A DNA stretch of 64,000 nucleotides, from NCBI RefSeq assembly GCF_006345805.1, contig NC_043010.1, positions 31,868,001 to 31,932,000 on the forward strand, given 5' to 3'. Below, one piece after another: positions 11,961-25,615 of the stretch (position 1 is its first letter; every line of letters begins with the position of its first letter). A program made the position numbers and the translations under genes. The notes under the pieces are model-generated. The model saw only the letters and a list, made by a program, of their open reading frames with translations, made no database searches and had not been told where the DNA came from. This stretch comes from Octopus sinensis. Taxonomy: Eukaryota.

Positions 11961-12404
11961 AGGAGTGGCTGCGTGGTAAGAAGCTTGCTTACCAACCACA
12001 TAGTTCTGGGTTCAGTCCCACTGTGTAGCACCTTGGGCAAGTGTTTTCTACTATAGCCTCAGGCCGACCAAAACCATGTGAGTGGATTTGGTAGACGGGA
12101 ACTGAAAGAAGCCCATCGTATATATGTATATATATACATATATATATATGTGTATGTATGTGTGTGTATATGTTTGTATATATATCTATGTGTGTGTGTG
12201 TCTTTGTGTCTGTTTTTGACCCCACATTACCACTTGACAACTGGCTTGGTGAGTTCATGTCCCTGTAATTTAGAGGTTCAGCAAAAGAGGCTGATAAAAT
12301 AAGTACCAGGCTTAAAAAATAAGTACTGGGGTCGATTCATTCAACAAAAATTCAAGGTGGTGCCCCAGCATAGCCACAGTCTAATGACTGAAACAAAGGA
12401 TAAA
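11961..12404 (+). mobile_element. tRNA-derived octopus SINE, full length (different subfamily tail)
   Basis: aggagtggctgcgtggtaag head; head-to-head with the previous copy. Confidence 0.88.
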
Positions 12405-12467
12405 ATCTACATACATACATATACACACACACACATTCATGCATACATACATACATACATACATACC

Positions 12468-12500
<33 letters not shown>

Positions 12501-13064
12501 ATACATACATATATAATTTCAACAGCATATATAACAATGACCAACATGGGTTGGATGGTCTTACAGCGTCTGTTAGATCGAAGGACTGCATTATGCTCCA
12601 GTATCAGCTTTGGCATGGTCTCTACAGCTGGATGCCCTTTCTTATGTCAACCACTTTACAGAGTGTACTGGGTGCCTCCAACACTATTAAGATTTCCATG
12701 CAACTCACGAGATACAAAACCCAAGGAAGGCAAGACTGGCATTTAGCTAAGGGTCATAGGGTTAAAGTATGAAAAAATGTGTGTGGGCAGAGCAGCTTCT
12801 TGTAGAGATGCTTAGAATATCAGATATTTAATTAAATTTAACACCTCAAAACTTCTTTTATTACAGTGTGTTTGTGCTAAATAATTAGGATATTCAAAAA
12901 CACTACTCTGTATTCCTTGGGTTGAAAAAATACACACACACACACTCACACATACACATAGACACGTGCGCACATGCATGCACACACATACACACATATA
13001 TTCCCATATATATATACATGCACATATACATATATATACACATATATATATATACATACATATA

Positions 13065-13190
13065 GGTGCAAGAGTGGCTGTGTAGTAAGAAGCTTACTTC
13101 CCAACCACATGGTTCTGGGTTCAGTCTTACTGTGTTGTACCTTGGTGTCTTCTACTATATCCTTGGGCTGACCAAAGCCTTCTGAATGAA
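13065..13190 (+). mobile_element. SINE head fragment
   Basis: agagtggctgtgtagtaagaagc...ggttcagtc. Confidence 0.8.
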
Positions 13191-14367
13191 TATTCATCTT
13201 GATTCATGGACAATGACTTATGACTATTGTTGTTGTTGTTTAACCCCATGATCTGTGCTGTTTTAAGGCATAGACACACTGGGCAGTGACTCTGGGTCAC
13301 ATGTGTGTCAGGACCCAGTGTTAATCTTCATCTGCTGTGGCTATGTATGCAGGGAGACCAGTGTCCTGTCTAAGGCTACTGTTATACTGTATGCTGAAGT
13401 GCACAGTAATGTCTTCTACTGGGTATGCAGGAACATTGATGTATTTGGATGTGAAAAAATGATCAATGGATCTATGAATCATCCCTGGTCATTAAGTGAT
13501 TGTTTATGGGACAACAAAACGACCTCAAACTGTTAGAAATTGTAGCAAAATTCCCCTCAACATATTCCCCTGTGTCTTAAAACTGGAAAGGTGACATTGT
13601 AGTTTTAGACACCCTCAAAAATAATGTGATGGCCACTTCTGGAAATGGCTCTGTTGGTGGTCCTTGCAAGTCTCCCAAGATTAGAAAAATCAACTGGCTT
13701 GATATTCTTTTTGAATATCTGCAAGTTGATAGTTGCAGGATAACACAGAAAGGTTGGAATTTCCAGGCTGGAGTGAGATATCTTTCAGTTGACAAGCTTA
13801 AGGAAAAGAGGCCAGTTTGGTTTTTAAGAACTGGCCTGGGCTAAAACAGCAACAATCATAACAACAATTAATTAAGTGGCACAGCCCTGGGTTTACCCTG
13901 ACCTATGACAAAAACAACAACAGCAACAACTATATGTTATAAGGTCTGCCAGATGAGGGTTCACTGGGGCTACATGACAAGTACAACAACAACAACAATT
14001 TTGTTACTGATGAGTAGCTGGATAAGAGGTCAATTTTACAAGTTATTCATCAATTGGTTATTGATTTAGGGAAAAATCAATACTATGGTATGCTTTTAGA
14101 TATGTGTAGAGGGAGATGGCATGGGGAAGGGATTGTTTAGACTGAGGTGGAAGATATAAAGATGTGATTAGGGAGGAGAAGGTAAAGTTATATGAATATA
14201 GGGAAGAAATAGATGAAAGAAATTGATTGACTGGATAGAATAATAGGGAGGTAGGTAGGTAGGCAGACAGATCAATAGATAGGCAGAAAGATAGATAAAC
14301 AGAGAAGAGGATTGATAAATAAGTAGCTACACACATAGAAAGATTGCTAATTATTTCTTTTTCCTTC

Positions 14368-14429
<62 letters not shown>

Positions 14430-14867
14430 AACTGAGAATGTGTGCATCGCTAAAACTTGAGAACAACTCAACGGATTTAATTAAAATTTTACACATGCCT
14501 TACTTAGGATCCATGCAGTGTCATGGGCCCAAAAACAATTTTCAACTTCTTGCTTAATGTGAGCCCAAAGCAATCTCTTATCTCTTACACTATTTCAGTA
14601 TTATGTGTCAAAAGTGAAACAATAACATCTCTCTTGTAGTGTGAGATAATACTTTCAGTTTTAATAGTTTCACTATTAATACTTTTAGTTTTAATATTTT
14701 TGCTATCAATACTTTCTCGTGCAGCCATCTGGTTCGCCAGTCCTCAGTCAAATCGTCCAACCCATGTTAGCATGGAAAGAGGACTTTAAATGATGATGAT
14801 GATGATCATCATCATCGTTTAGAGTTTCACCATGTATTTATATACATGTTTGTATGTATATATATAT

Positions 14868-14899
<32 letters not shown>

Positions 14900-15033
14900 C
14901 ACATACATATATATACATGTATATATATAATATATATATATTATATATATATATACACATACATATATACATGTATATATATATATATATATACTATATA
15001 TATATATATATATATATATTAACATACATATAT

Positions 15034-15086
<53 letters not shown>

Positions 15087-15094
<8 letters not shown>

Positions 15095-15350
15095 ATGTTA
15101 CATTACTCGGTAGTCAAGATAAAACTCTGAGTTTCAGATGCCGAAGTGGAAATTCACAACACCATCTCTTCGGTTATCTGGCTATTTGAAAACGTTATGA
15201 AAAAATATTTTTCATAACGTTATGAAAAAATATTTTTCATAACGTTTTCAAATAGCCAGATAACCGAAGAGATGGTGTTGTGGATTTCCACTTCGGCATC
15301 TGAAACTCAGAGTTTTATCTTGACTACCGAGTAATGTAACATATTGTATA
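15087..15350. repeat. 264-bp palindrome carrying two inverted hammerhead-variant motifs
   Basis: Arms are reverse complementary except one mismatch. The centre is a duplicated self-complementary aacgttatgaaaaaatatttttcataacgtt motif. Confidence 0.85.
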
Positions 15351-15454
15351 GATAAATTTCCTCTATTTACATAATATTGAGGTCTCTTTCTTTCTTTTGT
15401 TATCTTACCATTTTATCAATATATATATATATATGTATATAAACATACATATAT

Positions 15455-15536
<82 letters not shown>

Positions 15537-15584
15537 CATACATATATATACATGTATATATACATACATATACACACACACATA

Positions 15585-15634
<50 letters not shown>

Positions 15635-16232
15635 TATATTTATGCATGTATATGTATACACATACATATAGACCAAAGTAAGCACATAAATGAGAAACAA
15701 GGTGGAAAATTAGTACGCGAACACCAGAGGTAGAGTAATATGCTTTATTAAAAAGCACCAAAATTATCACAGAAGCTGTTACTCAGAGCTCCCTATTCCC
15801 GTTCATCGGACAGTTTTGTTTAGAATGGAACAAAAATAAGGTTACATGCATAAATATACAATTAGTTTGATAGATACGCATTTGAAAATGGTTTTGTTTC
15901 ATTGATCCTTTCAACTAATGGTATTTTCAATAACTGGTTGCATGCAATAACAAATTGTGGTTTAAAATCATATTCTTATAAAAATCGAAGAAGACTTTAA
16001 ATCAAAAATAGCTTACAAAGAAGGAAAAGGCCTGAACACCCAGGGTAAATAATTAGCTGTAAAATATAAATAAATTAATAAATTAAAAGATGCACCTGTT
16101 TAAAACTTTTTTCACGCTAGATTACTTATACATTTAGCAGTATATACACATGTACACTAAACATGCAAATGCAGATACATCGCTACATACATATACAGAC
16201 ATATATAGGGAAGACATAAATATATACAAATG

Positions 16233-16267
<35 letters not shown>

Positions 16268-16318
16268 TATATGTATATGTATATATATATATGTATATGT
16301 ATATGTATATTATATATG

Positions 16319-16423
<105 letters not shown>

Positions 16424-16430
16424 GTATATA

Positions 16431-16484
<54 letters not shown>

Positions 16485-16833
16485 CACACATGCACGTGTA
16501 CAAAATCTCCTGGTGTATGCTTATACGAGTTAGTTGTAACAGGCGAAAGAAAGAAAAACAGAAAATTAGAGAAAGAAACGGAAAAAATTGATAGTGGTAG
16601 AGAGTGTGAATTGATGGCATTCGAAAAGTATCTAAAGAAGGTTAGATACTTCGATTAGCTTGTGAAACGAACACATAAAAACACACACATAAAATTACAT
16701 GTATATCTACATAAATACAAACATACATACAAAAACACACGCATATAGATACACATACAAATATACAAAAAATATGTACGAATTTTTGTACATGGTACAA
16801 AATGTACAAAATGTACCATGTACATGGTCATAT

Positions 16834-17243
16834 TACTCTTTTTACTCTTTTTACTTGTTTCAGTCATTTGACTGTGGCCATGCTGGAGCACCGCCTTTAA
16901 TCGAGCAACTCAACCCCGGGACTTATTCTTTTGTAAGCCCAGTACTTATTCTATCGGTCTCTTTTGCCGAACCGCTAAGTGACGGGGACATAAACACACC
17001 AGCATCGGTTGTCAAGCAATGCTAGGGGACAAACACAGACACACAAACACACACATGCATATATATATATATACATATATACGACGGGCTTCTTTCAGTT
17101 TCTGTCTACCAAATCCACTCACAAGGCTTTGGTCGGCCCGGGGCTATAGCAGAAGACACCTGCCCAAGGTGCCACGCAGTGGGGCTGAACCCGGAACCAT
17201 GCGGTTGGTAGACAAGCTACTTACCCCACAGCCACTCCTGCGC
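16834..17243 (-). mobile_element. tRNA-derived octopus SINE, full length
   Basis: Same family as 11575-11959. Confidence 0.9.
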
Positions 17244-17299
17244 ATATGTATAAAATTATGTACAATTATGTAAAGTATGTATATGGTCACATATATAAA

Positions 17300-17700
17300 A
17301 TTATATACTTCTGAACCTTTCCTATAGAGTGAAGATGCTTCTCTATAGCAGTGTGGGAGCATTCCATTTTCTCTGTGAGTTCCCTGGTCGTTTGGCGAGA
17401 ATTTTCGTGCAAAAGTTGGTTTAATCGCTCTTCAACAAACTCAACTGGACGGCCAGCATGAGGTGCGTCTTTTAGTCAAAATTTCCATTTTTGAACTTGG
17501 CATACCAATCACGAGCAGTTCTTTAGTCATAGCACCCTCTCCATACACAGCACAAATGTCGTGAGCAGCTTTTGCAGCCTTAGAACCTTGATTAAAAGTA
17601 AAAAGCAGGAGGTGTCGAAAATGCTCATTTTTCTTAACTTGACATTCCATTTTAATGATCTGAAAATAAAAAAAATTAATTAAAATTAACTAGAAATGAA
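17300..17700 (-). mobile_element. Mariner transposase N-terminal fragment
   Basis: MECQVKKNEHFRHLLLFTFNQGSKAAKAAHDICAVYGEGA: mariner HTH region; frameshifted. Confidence 0.8.
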
Positions 17701-17711
17701 AAAACAAAATA

Positions 17712-18238
17712 TTGGGTTGTCCAGAAAGTTTGTGCCGATTTATATAAACTTACCTTTCAACTTATTTTAGAACATGGTTGAGTCCATAAAATAGGATTTG
17801 ACTATACCTCCATTTAGAGCACAGTTTAAGCTATCTTTTTGTGAAAGAAGGTTTATGTTCCTATAACCTGTGTTAATTCTGTAACCCTTTAAAATGGAAG
17901 ATAAGAAAGTTCATTTTCGGTACTTGATGCTTTGGGAACCAGACAAAAATTGCTGCAGCTCAGCTGGGATGTGTTACCCCACCCTCCATATTCCCCAGAT
18001 ATTGCTCCTTCAGATTTCCACTTATTCAGGTCTCTGCAGAATAGTCTTAATTGTAAAAATTTCAATTCCTTGGATGATGTAAAAAGATACCTTGATGAAT
18101 TCTTTTCCATGAAACCACCTTAATTCTGGGAAGAGGGTATTTTCAAGTTAAAGGAACGATGGAGATGCATTGTTGCAACAAAATGGTTTATATTTGGTTG
18201 ATTAAAAATGTAATGGCAAGTATTTATTGACAAACTAA
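17712..18238 (+). mobile_element. Internally deleted mariner
   Basis: TA-flanked imperfect TIRs (ttgggttgtcc.../...gacaaactaa). MEDKKVHFRYLML is fused to WDVLPHPPYSPDIAPSDFHLFRSLQN. Confidence 0.85.
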
Positions 18239-18269
18239 TACTTCATGTCTCACTTCCATGCAGTGTTAC

Positions 18270-20340
18270 ATTTCATATACAAGTATCATACACTCTACCC
18301 TTCACTCTTAGGGAGAAACTTTTTATTGTGGGTAATGGTACCTGCTTTCTGAACTTTGCCCCATTCATTCTTTCTTTTTTAACTATGCCTTCAGAACATT
18401 CACCCAACCCACTACTAATTAGACCACCTGGGCAACAGAAACTATTAACTACTTCTAGAGAGTCACTTGACATTTAAGAGAATCAATTTCTGTGGTGTTT
18501 TCATTCCTTAATGCTGTGCATCTGCTGCATATGAAGTTTACCTTCTCTGTTAGCTGATTTGTGATGCTACTTTTGCATCCAAGGTACATGTTGGGTACAC
18601 TGTATCAAATCCCTACTTTCTCCTTTTCTCCATATTGAACATTGCCATTTTGCTTATGGGAGCAAGGTCTTGTCTTCTAATTAATAAAGTTTTAGCAAAG
18701 TTTACTTTGAAACCTCTAGATTCCAGGTCTTGCATCCATGTCTGAAATTCTTTTGTAAATCTATCCAGATTTAGCTATGAAAACTAGATTATCTGCATAT
18801 AGAAGTTACTTTGGACAACTAGTCTTAAATTTGCCTATTATAGCATGGATGACTATAATGAACAGAACGGGGTTGAAAATTTAACCCTGGTATACTCCAT
18901 CCAGCACATTAAATTTGTCACTGCAATCACTGCAAATTCTTACTTTGCTGACCATTCCTTTGTACATGGCTTGTGCAGCCCTCTCAAGTCATCCATCTAC
19001 ATTTAATTTCTTGGCAGACAGCAGATTACAGAACATGTAACTTTGACAAAAGCCATCTGCAGGTAATAAAATATTAGTTACCAAGGCTTCCTCTTAGCTA
19101 AGTACTTCCCAACTATGCACTCAGATGCACACACATACACACACATGCATATATGTGCATGTGCACTTTATTCTTTTGCTAAGTTTATTCTTAAGCCTAT
19201 TGATTCTGGGTTTTGTTTCCACGTTCGGAATTTCTTCTCTAAATGCTCTGCACTACAAGGTCATCAATATATCAGAGTTTCCACAAATATTTGATCATAA
19301 ATTCTTCTATTATGACTTGGAGAGCTACAACAATAGGAAAGAGTTTGGAAGTGAGTCTTGATAAAACTTTCCTGTGGACTCATTGCCAACCCTCCTGTTA
19401 CTGGTTGCATTCCTGCACCTGTGTATGGCTTGTACAACTCTTGTATGCCATTCATCAATTGGTTTTCATAAAGACTACCAAAGTACTGTTCAAGGTACCC
19501 TGACAAAGTCTTTTGCCAGATCAAACAAATGCTAGGTAAAGAGACTTACTCTCATCTAAAAACTTCTTTTGCAGTAATTTTGTGATGATGAGAGCATCAG
19601 TAGTATCCTAACCTGAAACAAATCTGAACCACATAGTTGATTCTCGTCCTAATCGATTGTGCTAAGACTCTTTCTCTGACTTTAATATCTTGATTCATCA
19701 GTTTGATATTTCTATAGTTGCTTTTTTTTTCTGGAGTAGTTCTTTGCACTTTAAACTGTTGATGATTATACTGCTATGCCAGTCATTGGCTGTGTCACTT
19801 TCATATTTTATTTGGTGTGACTAGCTTGAACCCTACTTTTATTTGGTGTGACTAGCTTGAACCCTACTTTTATTTGGTGTGACTAGCTTGAACCCTACTT
19901 TTATTTGGTGTGACAAGCTTGAACCCTACTTTTATTTGGTGTGACAAGCTTGAACCCTACTTTTATTTGGTGTGACTAGCTTAAACCCTACTTTTATTTG
20001 GTGTGACTAGCTTGAACCCTACTTTTATTTGGTGTGACTAGCTTGAACCCTACTTCAGCATCTCAGTGAGTATTCCTGGTGGATCTGCTACTTTCCTTAT
20101 CTTCATATCCTTATTGGTCTTTTCAAAGTGTCTACTTTAATAGCTAGTTCCTCTAATAAATATACCTGAGATAGTTCTTATATATTTGCCACCTTCAGAA
20201 ATCTCCCATAATAACATTCCTAAGCCTCCTCTCTTTCACTGTCAGTGAGGGAAAGTGTGCCACTGTCATTTGAATCATACTTTTCCCCAATAACAACATC
20301 CTGATATACTGCTTTGCAAGTCAAAGCAGCTCATGTCTTT
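18270..20340 (-). mobile_element. RTE-clade LINE, degenerate RT
   Basis: Minus strand gives LLYADNLV, LEVVNSFC.., SLRVKGRVYDTC and the pre-RT linker; many stops. Confidence 0.75.
19806..20055. repeat. 31-bp minisatellite x8 within the RTE remnant
   Basis: Unit tttatttggtgtgactagcttgaaccctact, period 31, no spacers. Confidence 0.95.
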
Positions 20341-20392
20341 GTCCCTTTCGTTATAGAATATTGATAAACATCTTGCTTAGCATCTCTTCTCA

Positions 20393-22860
20393 TCATCATC
20401 ATTTAACGTCTGTTATCCATGCTGGCATGGGTTTGAATGGTACTGGCAAGCTGGAAAGCTGCACCAGACTCCAGTCTGATTTGGCATGGTTTCTACAGCT
20501 GGATACCCTTCCTAATGCCATCTACTCTGAAAGTGTAATGGGTAGTTTTACGTGCCACTGGCATGGGTGCCATCTGCATGACACAAGTATCTGCCACAAC
20601 TGTGATTTTCCTCGGATTGGCGGGTCTTTTTCTCAAGCAAGACATAATGCCAAAGGTTCCAGTCATTGCCTCTATGAGGCCTAACACTTGAAAGGAGCTC
20701 AGCCACTTTGCCTCCATTGATGCTCATCACTTGAAGAATACCTTTTACATGCCACCAGCATGGGTACCAGTTACATGACACCAGCATCAGCCATGACTAT
20801 TATTTCACTTGTATTGACATGTCTTCTCATAGCATATTGCCAAAGGTCTTGGTTACTAGTCATTGCCTCTGTGAGGCCCAAAGTTTGAAGATCATGCTTC
20901 ACCACCTTGTCCCATGTCTTCCTGGGTCTACCACTACAACAGATTCCTCCCCAGTTAGAGATCAGCACTTCTTTACATAGCTGTCCTTGTCCATATGCGT
21001 CACAAGACCATATCAGTGCAGTTGTCTCTCTTGCATCTTGTGCCTAACTTTTCTCTCAAGATACTTACACTCTGTCAAACATGCACACTGATACTGCGCA
21101 TCAAGCGAAACATATTGGCTTCATTCTTCTCAAGCCTATGCATGTCCTCGACTGTCACAGCTCATGTTTCACTGCCATGTAGCATAGTTGCTTGCAGACA
21201 GGCATCATACAGTCTGCCTTTCACTCTGAGGGAGAGGCCCTTTGTTGCCAGCAGAGGTAGGAGTTCTCTGAACTTTGCCCAGCCTATTCTTATTCTAACA
21301 CCAACACTCTCAGATTTACAATATGGGTGACTAGAACATCACCCATATTGCCGGATATTTTAAGCATCACAGCATTAATTCCTGACAGGCTGGGGGGCTT
21401 TCCCTCTTTTCATATCCTTAAGTGCTTTATCTACCAGGGTACTGTCAATTTGGGTAGCTGGTCCCTCAATTGGGTCAACATTTGGCAGACTCCTCCTCCT
21501 CCCATTCATTCTCCACATTCAGGAATCTTTCATAATGGTGTTTCTAAGCCTTTGTCTTTACAGAATCATTAAATGCAAGTGCACCATTATCCATGTGGAC
21601 ACATTTCTCTTCAATGACATAACAATTTTCTCTCAATCCAAAACACTTCAGTTCTTTGTTCCTCATGTGCTGAACATAGGCAAACTTATTTTCTGCTTCT
21701 CCCTTGGCTAGATATACCTGTATCCTAGTTTACCTTCTAGCTATCTGAAACAGTTCCTTACTACCCCTACTCATCCAGACCTTCCAGGCTTATTTCTTTG
21801 CTCTAATGGCCCTGTCAACAGCATTGTTCACCACCACGTTATCCTAGGTCTGGATGGGACTTTGCACAAGCTGCAGATTTGGTCTGTGGCACTCAGCAAA
21901 TTGTCCTACAGGAATTCCCAGTTGCCTTCTATGTCCATAGCTCCTTCTCCCTCTCACCAAATTCCTCAATTAGGATATCCCTAAACATCTGAAGGATCCT
22001 TAAGCTTCCAAATCCTTCTTTTCCAGATTGGTCTGCTTCTTGGCATCCTTATGGCCCAGAGTCTAAAGTCACTAATGACTAGTCTATGCTGAGAGGTACA
22101 TTCTTCACCAGGGAGGGTCTTTGTATCTGAGAACAATCATGTATCCTGCTGTCTGGTGAGAATGTAATCGATCTGGCTAACACAGTCATCTGATTTGTAT
22201 GTTATCAAGAGGCTGGCTGGCTTCCTGAAGTTGGTGTTGCAGATCAAAAGGTTATTTGCATCACAGAACTCCAGTAGCCTAATTCCCTCTTCATTTCGGG
22301 AACCAATTCCAAGGCTCCCATGTACACCATGGAGAATACCAGGCTGCTGTCCAACATGACTGTTGAAATTCCCAGCCACGAAGATGAGATCATTGTCACT
22401 TGTCTTTGATGTAGCCTGCAGAAGAATATCAGAAAAGTGATCCTTCTGTTCATTTGGTAAGCTTGTTTGTGGGGCATAGGCTGAGATAATTGTCCCTATA
22501 CTATTCTGCAAGACTAGCCTGAGTTTAAGCCCTCTATCACACACTCTGACTACCTTTATGACCTTATCCTCCAATTTCTCTGCAAGATGTATGCCCACAT
22601 CACCTACCCTATCACTGTTACTTTCCCAGTAGATTTTATACCTATGTGTCTTGCCTGTGAAGAACCAGGTTGAAGCTCCTCTCCACCTTACCTCTTGGAT
22701 GCAATATACATCAACACACCTCCATTCAAGCATCTCAACGATCTTGCTAGACCTACCTTTCAATGTGCCTACATTGACAGTGTCAACCCTGAAAACTAGG
22801 AAAGGGACGTGGGAGGGAACATGGGAAGGTGTGATGGTAATCAGCACCCGAAATCCTTGG
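20393..22860 (-). mobile_element. RTE-clade LINE with RT core deleted (endonuclease, linker, C-terminus and 3' tail)
   Basis: ORF 22137-22847 is an APE endonuclease (TVNVGTL, IQEVRW, ISAYAPQ, GNFNSHVG, SQIDYIL). C-terminal GRPRKTWD is present, and the tail ends in (GAT)n. Confidence 0.85.
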
Positions 22861-25615
22861 CTTTTATTCCTTACTGCCCTCCTTCATCCATTATTATCAG
22901 GCCTGTTTTTTAGCATTTCTTATTCTATCTACAATAATATTTCAGGCACCATATTACCTTTTAGCTGACTGGAAACTTTCTCAAGTCAGAGATTTGGTCA
23001 GTAATTCATAGCTAATTGTCTCATAGAAACTCCTATCTATCCTACTCTTTATATACATTACTGAGAACCTTTCTAAATCCATTATCAGGAGACGAATATT
23101 TCAGTTTCCACACCATCTTTACCTAAAATGTCTCTGGGTCCACTTAGTGCTTCTTCTGAAGTCATTAATCACTTTGTCTATGTTGAGTGGTACATTCTTT
23201 ATTGAGGAACTACTTTGTATTCACAACTATCTGCCTATCCTATATCCTGTTGAGAATGAAGTCTCTCTGACTTGCATATTCATCAGAATGGTATCTCTGT
23301 GTAATTTGTTGGACTAACTTTGACAGATGTAGATGCAATCCTGATAACCTGGTAAGTAGACTAGAGTATCAGGTGGAAGGTGAATTGATGTTTGAGATCT
23401 GTTTCCTGTGATCACATGATGACAGTCAAGGAGTTCTCATACAGAACCAACCTTTTCACTACTGAATAGATATTAGTAGTACTAGAATGGTAAGTTTAGA
23501 CTCCTCTAAACATTTATTATTCTTAAAAAAATTGCAAGTTCTATTCTGCTTTGATAATACCCTATAACCTTCATTTAACCGTTTTGAATTTCTTTGGAAA
23601 AGGTATGAACACCACAACATTACATATCTACTATCATGCTTTAATCTCTCTCAATGCAGATTTATCCATGTGCTAAAAAAAATTTGATATTTAAAGAAAC
23701 AAATTTTTTTACTGTCAAACTAATGGGAAATTAAAATAATCAACAAACCTCAACTCTTCCTTCCCCTCTTCTTCCTCACCCCTCAACTCATCCATTATTG
23801 GCACTTTGACTTTACTCTGGAAGATGAAACTTTACCACAGCATCAGGTGAGGTGGTGGTAACAGAGAGAGGAGTAGAAGTATGAGTGAGTTGCTGGACTT
23901 GTTTCTGCTTGTCTTCCAATTCCTTCCTCTGTGAGCATTTGCAAAAATACATGTCTGTCTAATTGGTCCAAATGATGATGAGATACAATCAAAGAATTCT
24001 AATGAACAAATCTGAATTCAATAGTGATATTTTTCACAATTAAAATGTCCGCTGATGTTAAAGCTTCCCTGTCAATAGTCTTAGATCTCGTTAATTTAAC
24101 GCCATTAACATTCATTGAAGTTAATTGCAAATTTCAATCCATTCGTTTACAGTTTACAGTTAACAATATTCTTTCTTGAGTATATGTGTATGCGAGTGTA
24201 TGTATATATGTTTGTGTGTGTGTGTGTATATATGTGTTTGTATGTATGTGTGTGTATGTATTTGTGTATGTGTGAGCACCCCAACCACCAAGATAAGGAC
24301 ACACACACATATGCACATACTGATATAAAAATACATGTATGTACAAGCATGCATGTAGGTATGTGTGAATGTGTTTGTGTGTGTGTGTGTGTGTATGTTT
24401 GTGCACTTATTCATAGATACTAACATAACTGCACACACCTACACACACAAATGTGTATATACATGTGTGTGTGTGTGTGGGGGGTGAACTAGTTTTTCTA
24501 GATTCTGTTTTGCTAATTCCTCAATTGAACAGCTTTGTTGTTTTACTTGGAGGACAAAACTCAGTAACTTTCTGCTTACACAGTAAATTTTATGTGTTGC
24601 TACTGCTGTTGATACTATTGTTGTTACTGAGGCTGTTGTTAGAGTAACTTCACTGCCATATGAAGCCTACTGGACATTGACACAAAATGGCTGTTGCTGT
24701 TGAAGCTGCTGGTATATCTGTCATTTCTCCTGAGTAAGTTTTCTAAAATGAGTAAGGTTAGTGGTAACTGCTAAATATCTGCTCTTTATGTCTTATTATT
24801 ATCATCATCATGATCATCACCAGCATTATTTTCATTATCATTCTCATTGACAGTGGTTGTGTCATTGTTGTCATCATCATTGCATCTGACACTATCATTG
24901 TGAAAACTGTGTGCCAGATGTCCATCTTTGATGCCATGTATGTTGATGGTGTGTATCTGATGGTAAAACAGATAGACTGGGTCTTCAGAATTAGGTCATA
25001 TAAATCATCTGATAAGATATTAACTCAAAAGAATACCACATGATATGAGCCAAGCTGAAAATACTGCTCACATGCCCATGACGGATAGATTGCTTCATCC
25101 ATAAACATTCTAGATATGTTGTCCTATAAAGAGAAGTACTTGCTACTTCCTTCTCATTTCCACACTTTCCTTGTACACAATATGATTATACATGCAAGCC
25201 ACTCACTCACACCCTTACTATCCCATGCCATTAGACTCTTACACTTGCACGCCTCAACACACATATATCCCCCAAGAATTGAAATAATTAAATGTCTTTC
25301 GAAATTTATGGCAACATTTCATTGTAAATCTCCTATTAAAATTTAATAAAATTAATTTATAAGGTGAATTCTACAATAAAGATGTGACTTTCTCTATATG
25401 TATTTTTGTTGTCAAATACTCTGAATTTCTTAAAATTCTTCTAAATGATATTTGAATCTACTTGTCATACATGAGAAATTACCTTGGATGTGTATTCTAC
25501 TTACATTTATTGGTATCTGGTTGTTGGATATAGTTAACCAAATTCATTTAAAACTGAGTGCTTTATTGGTATTTGCCTGGATTTTTTAATCTCTTTTTTC
25601 TTCTAGCTATATATA

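Noticed and set aside
19806-20055. CRISPR-like regular array
   Set aside because: The 31-bp units are contiguous with no unique spacers, the context is eukaryotic, and it is derived from RTE sequence.
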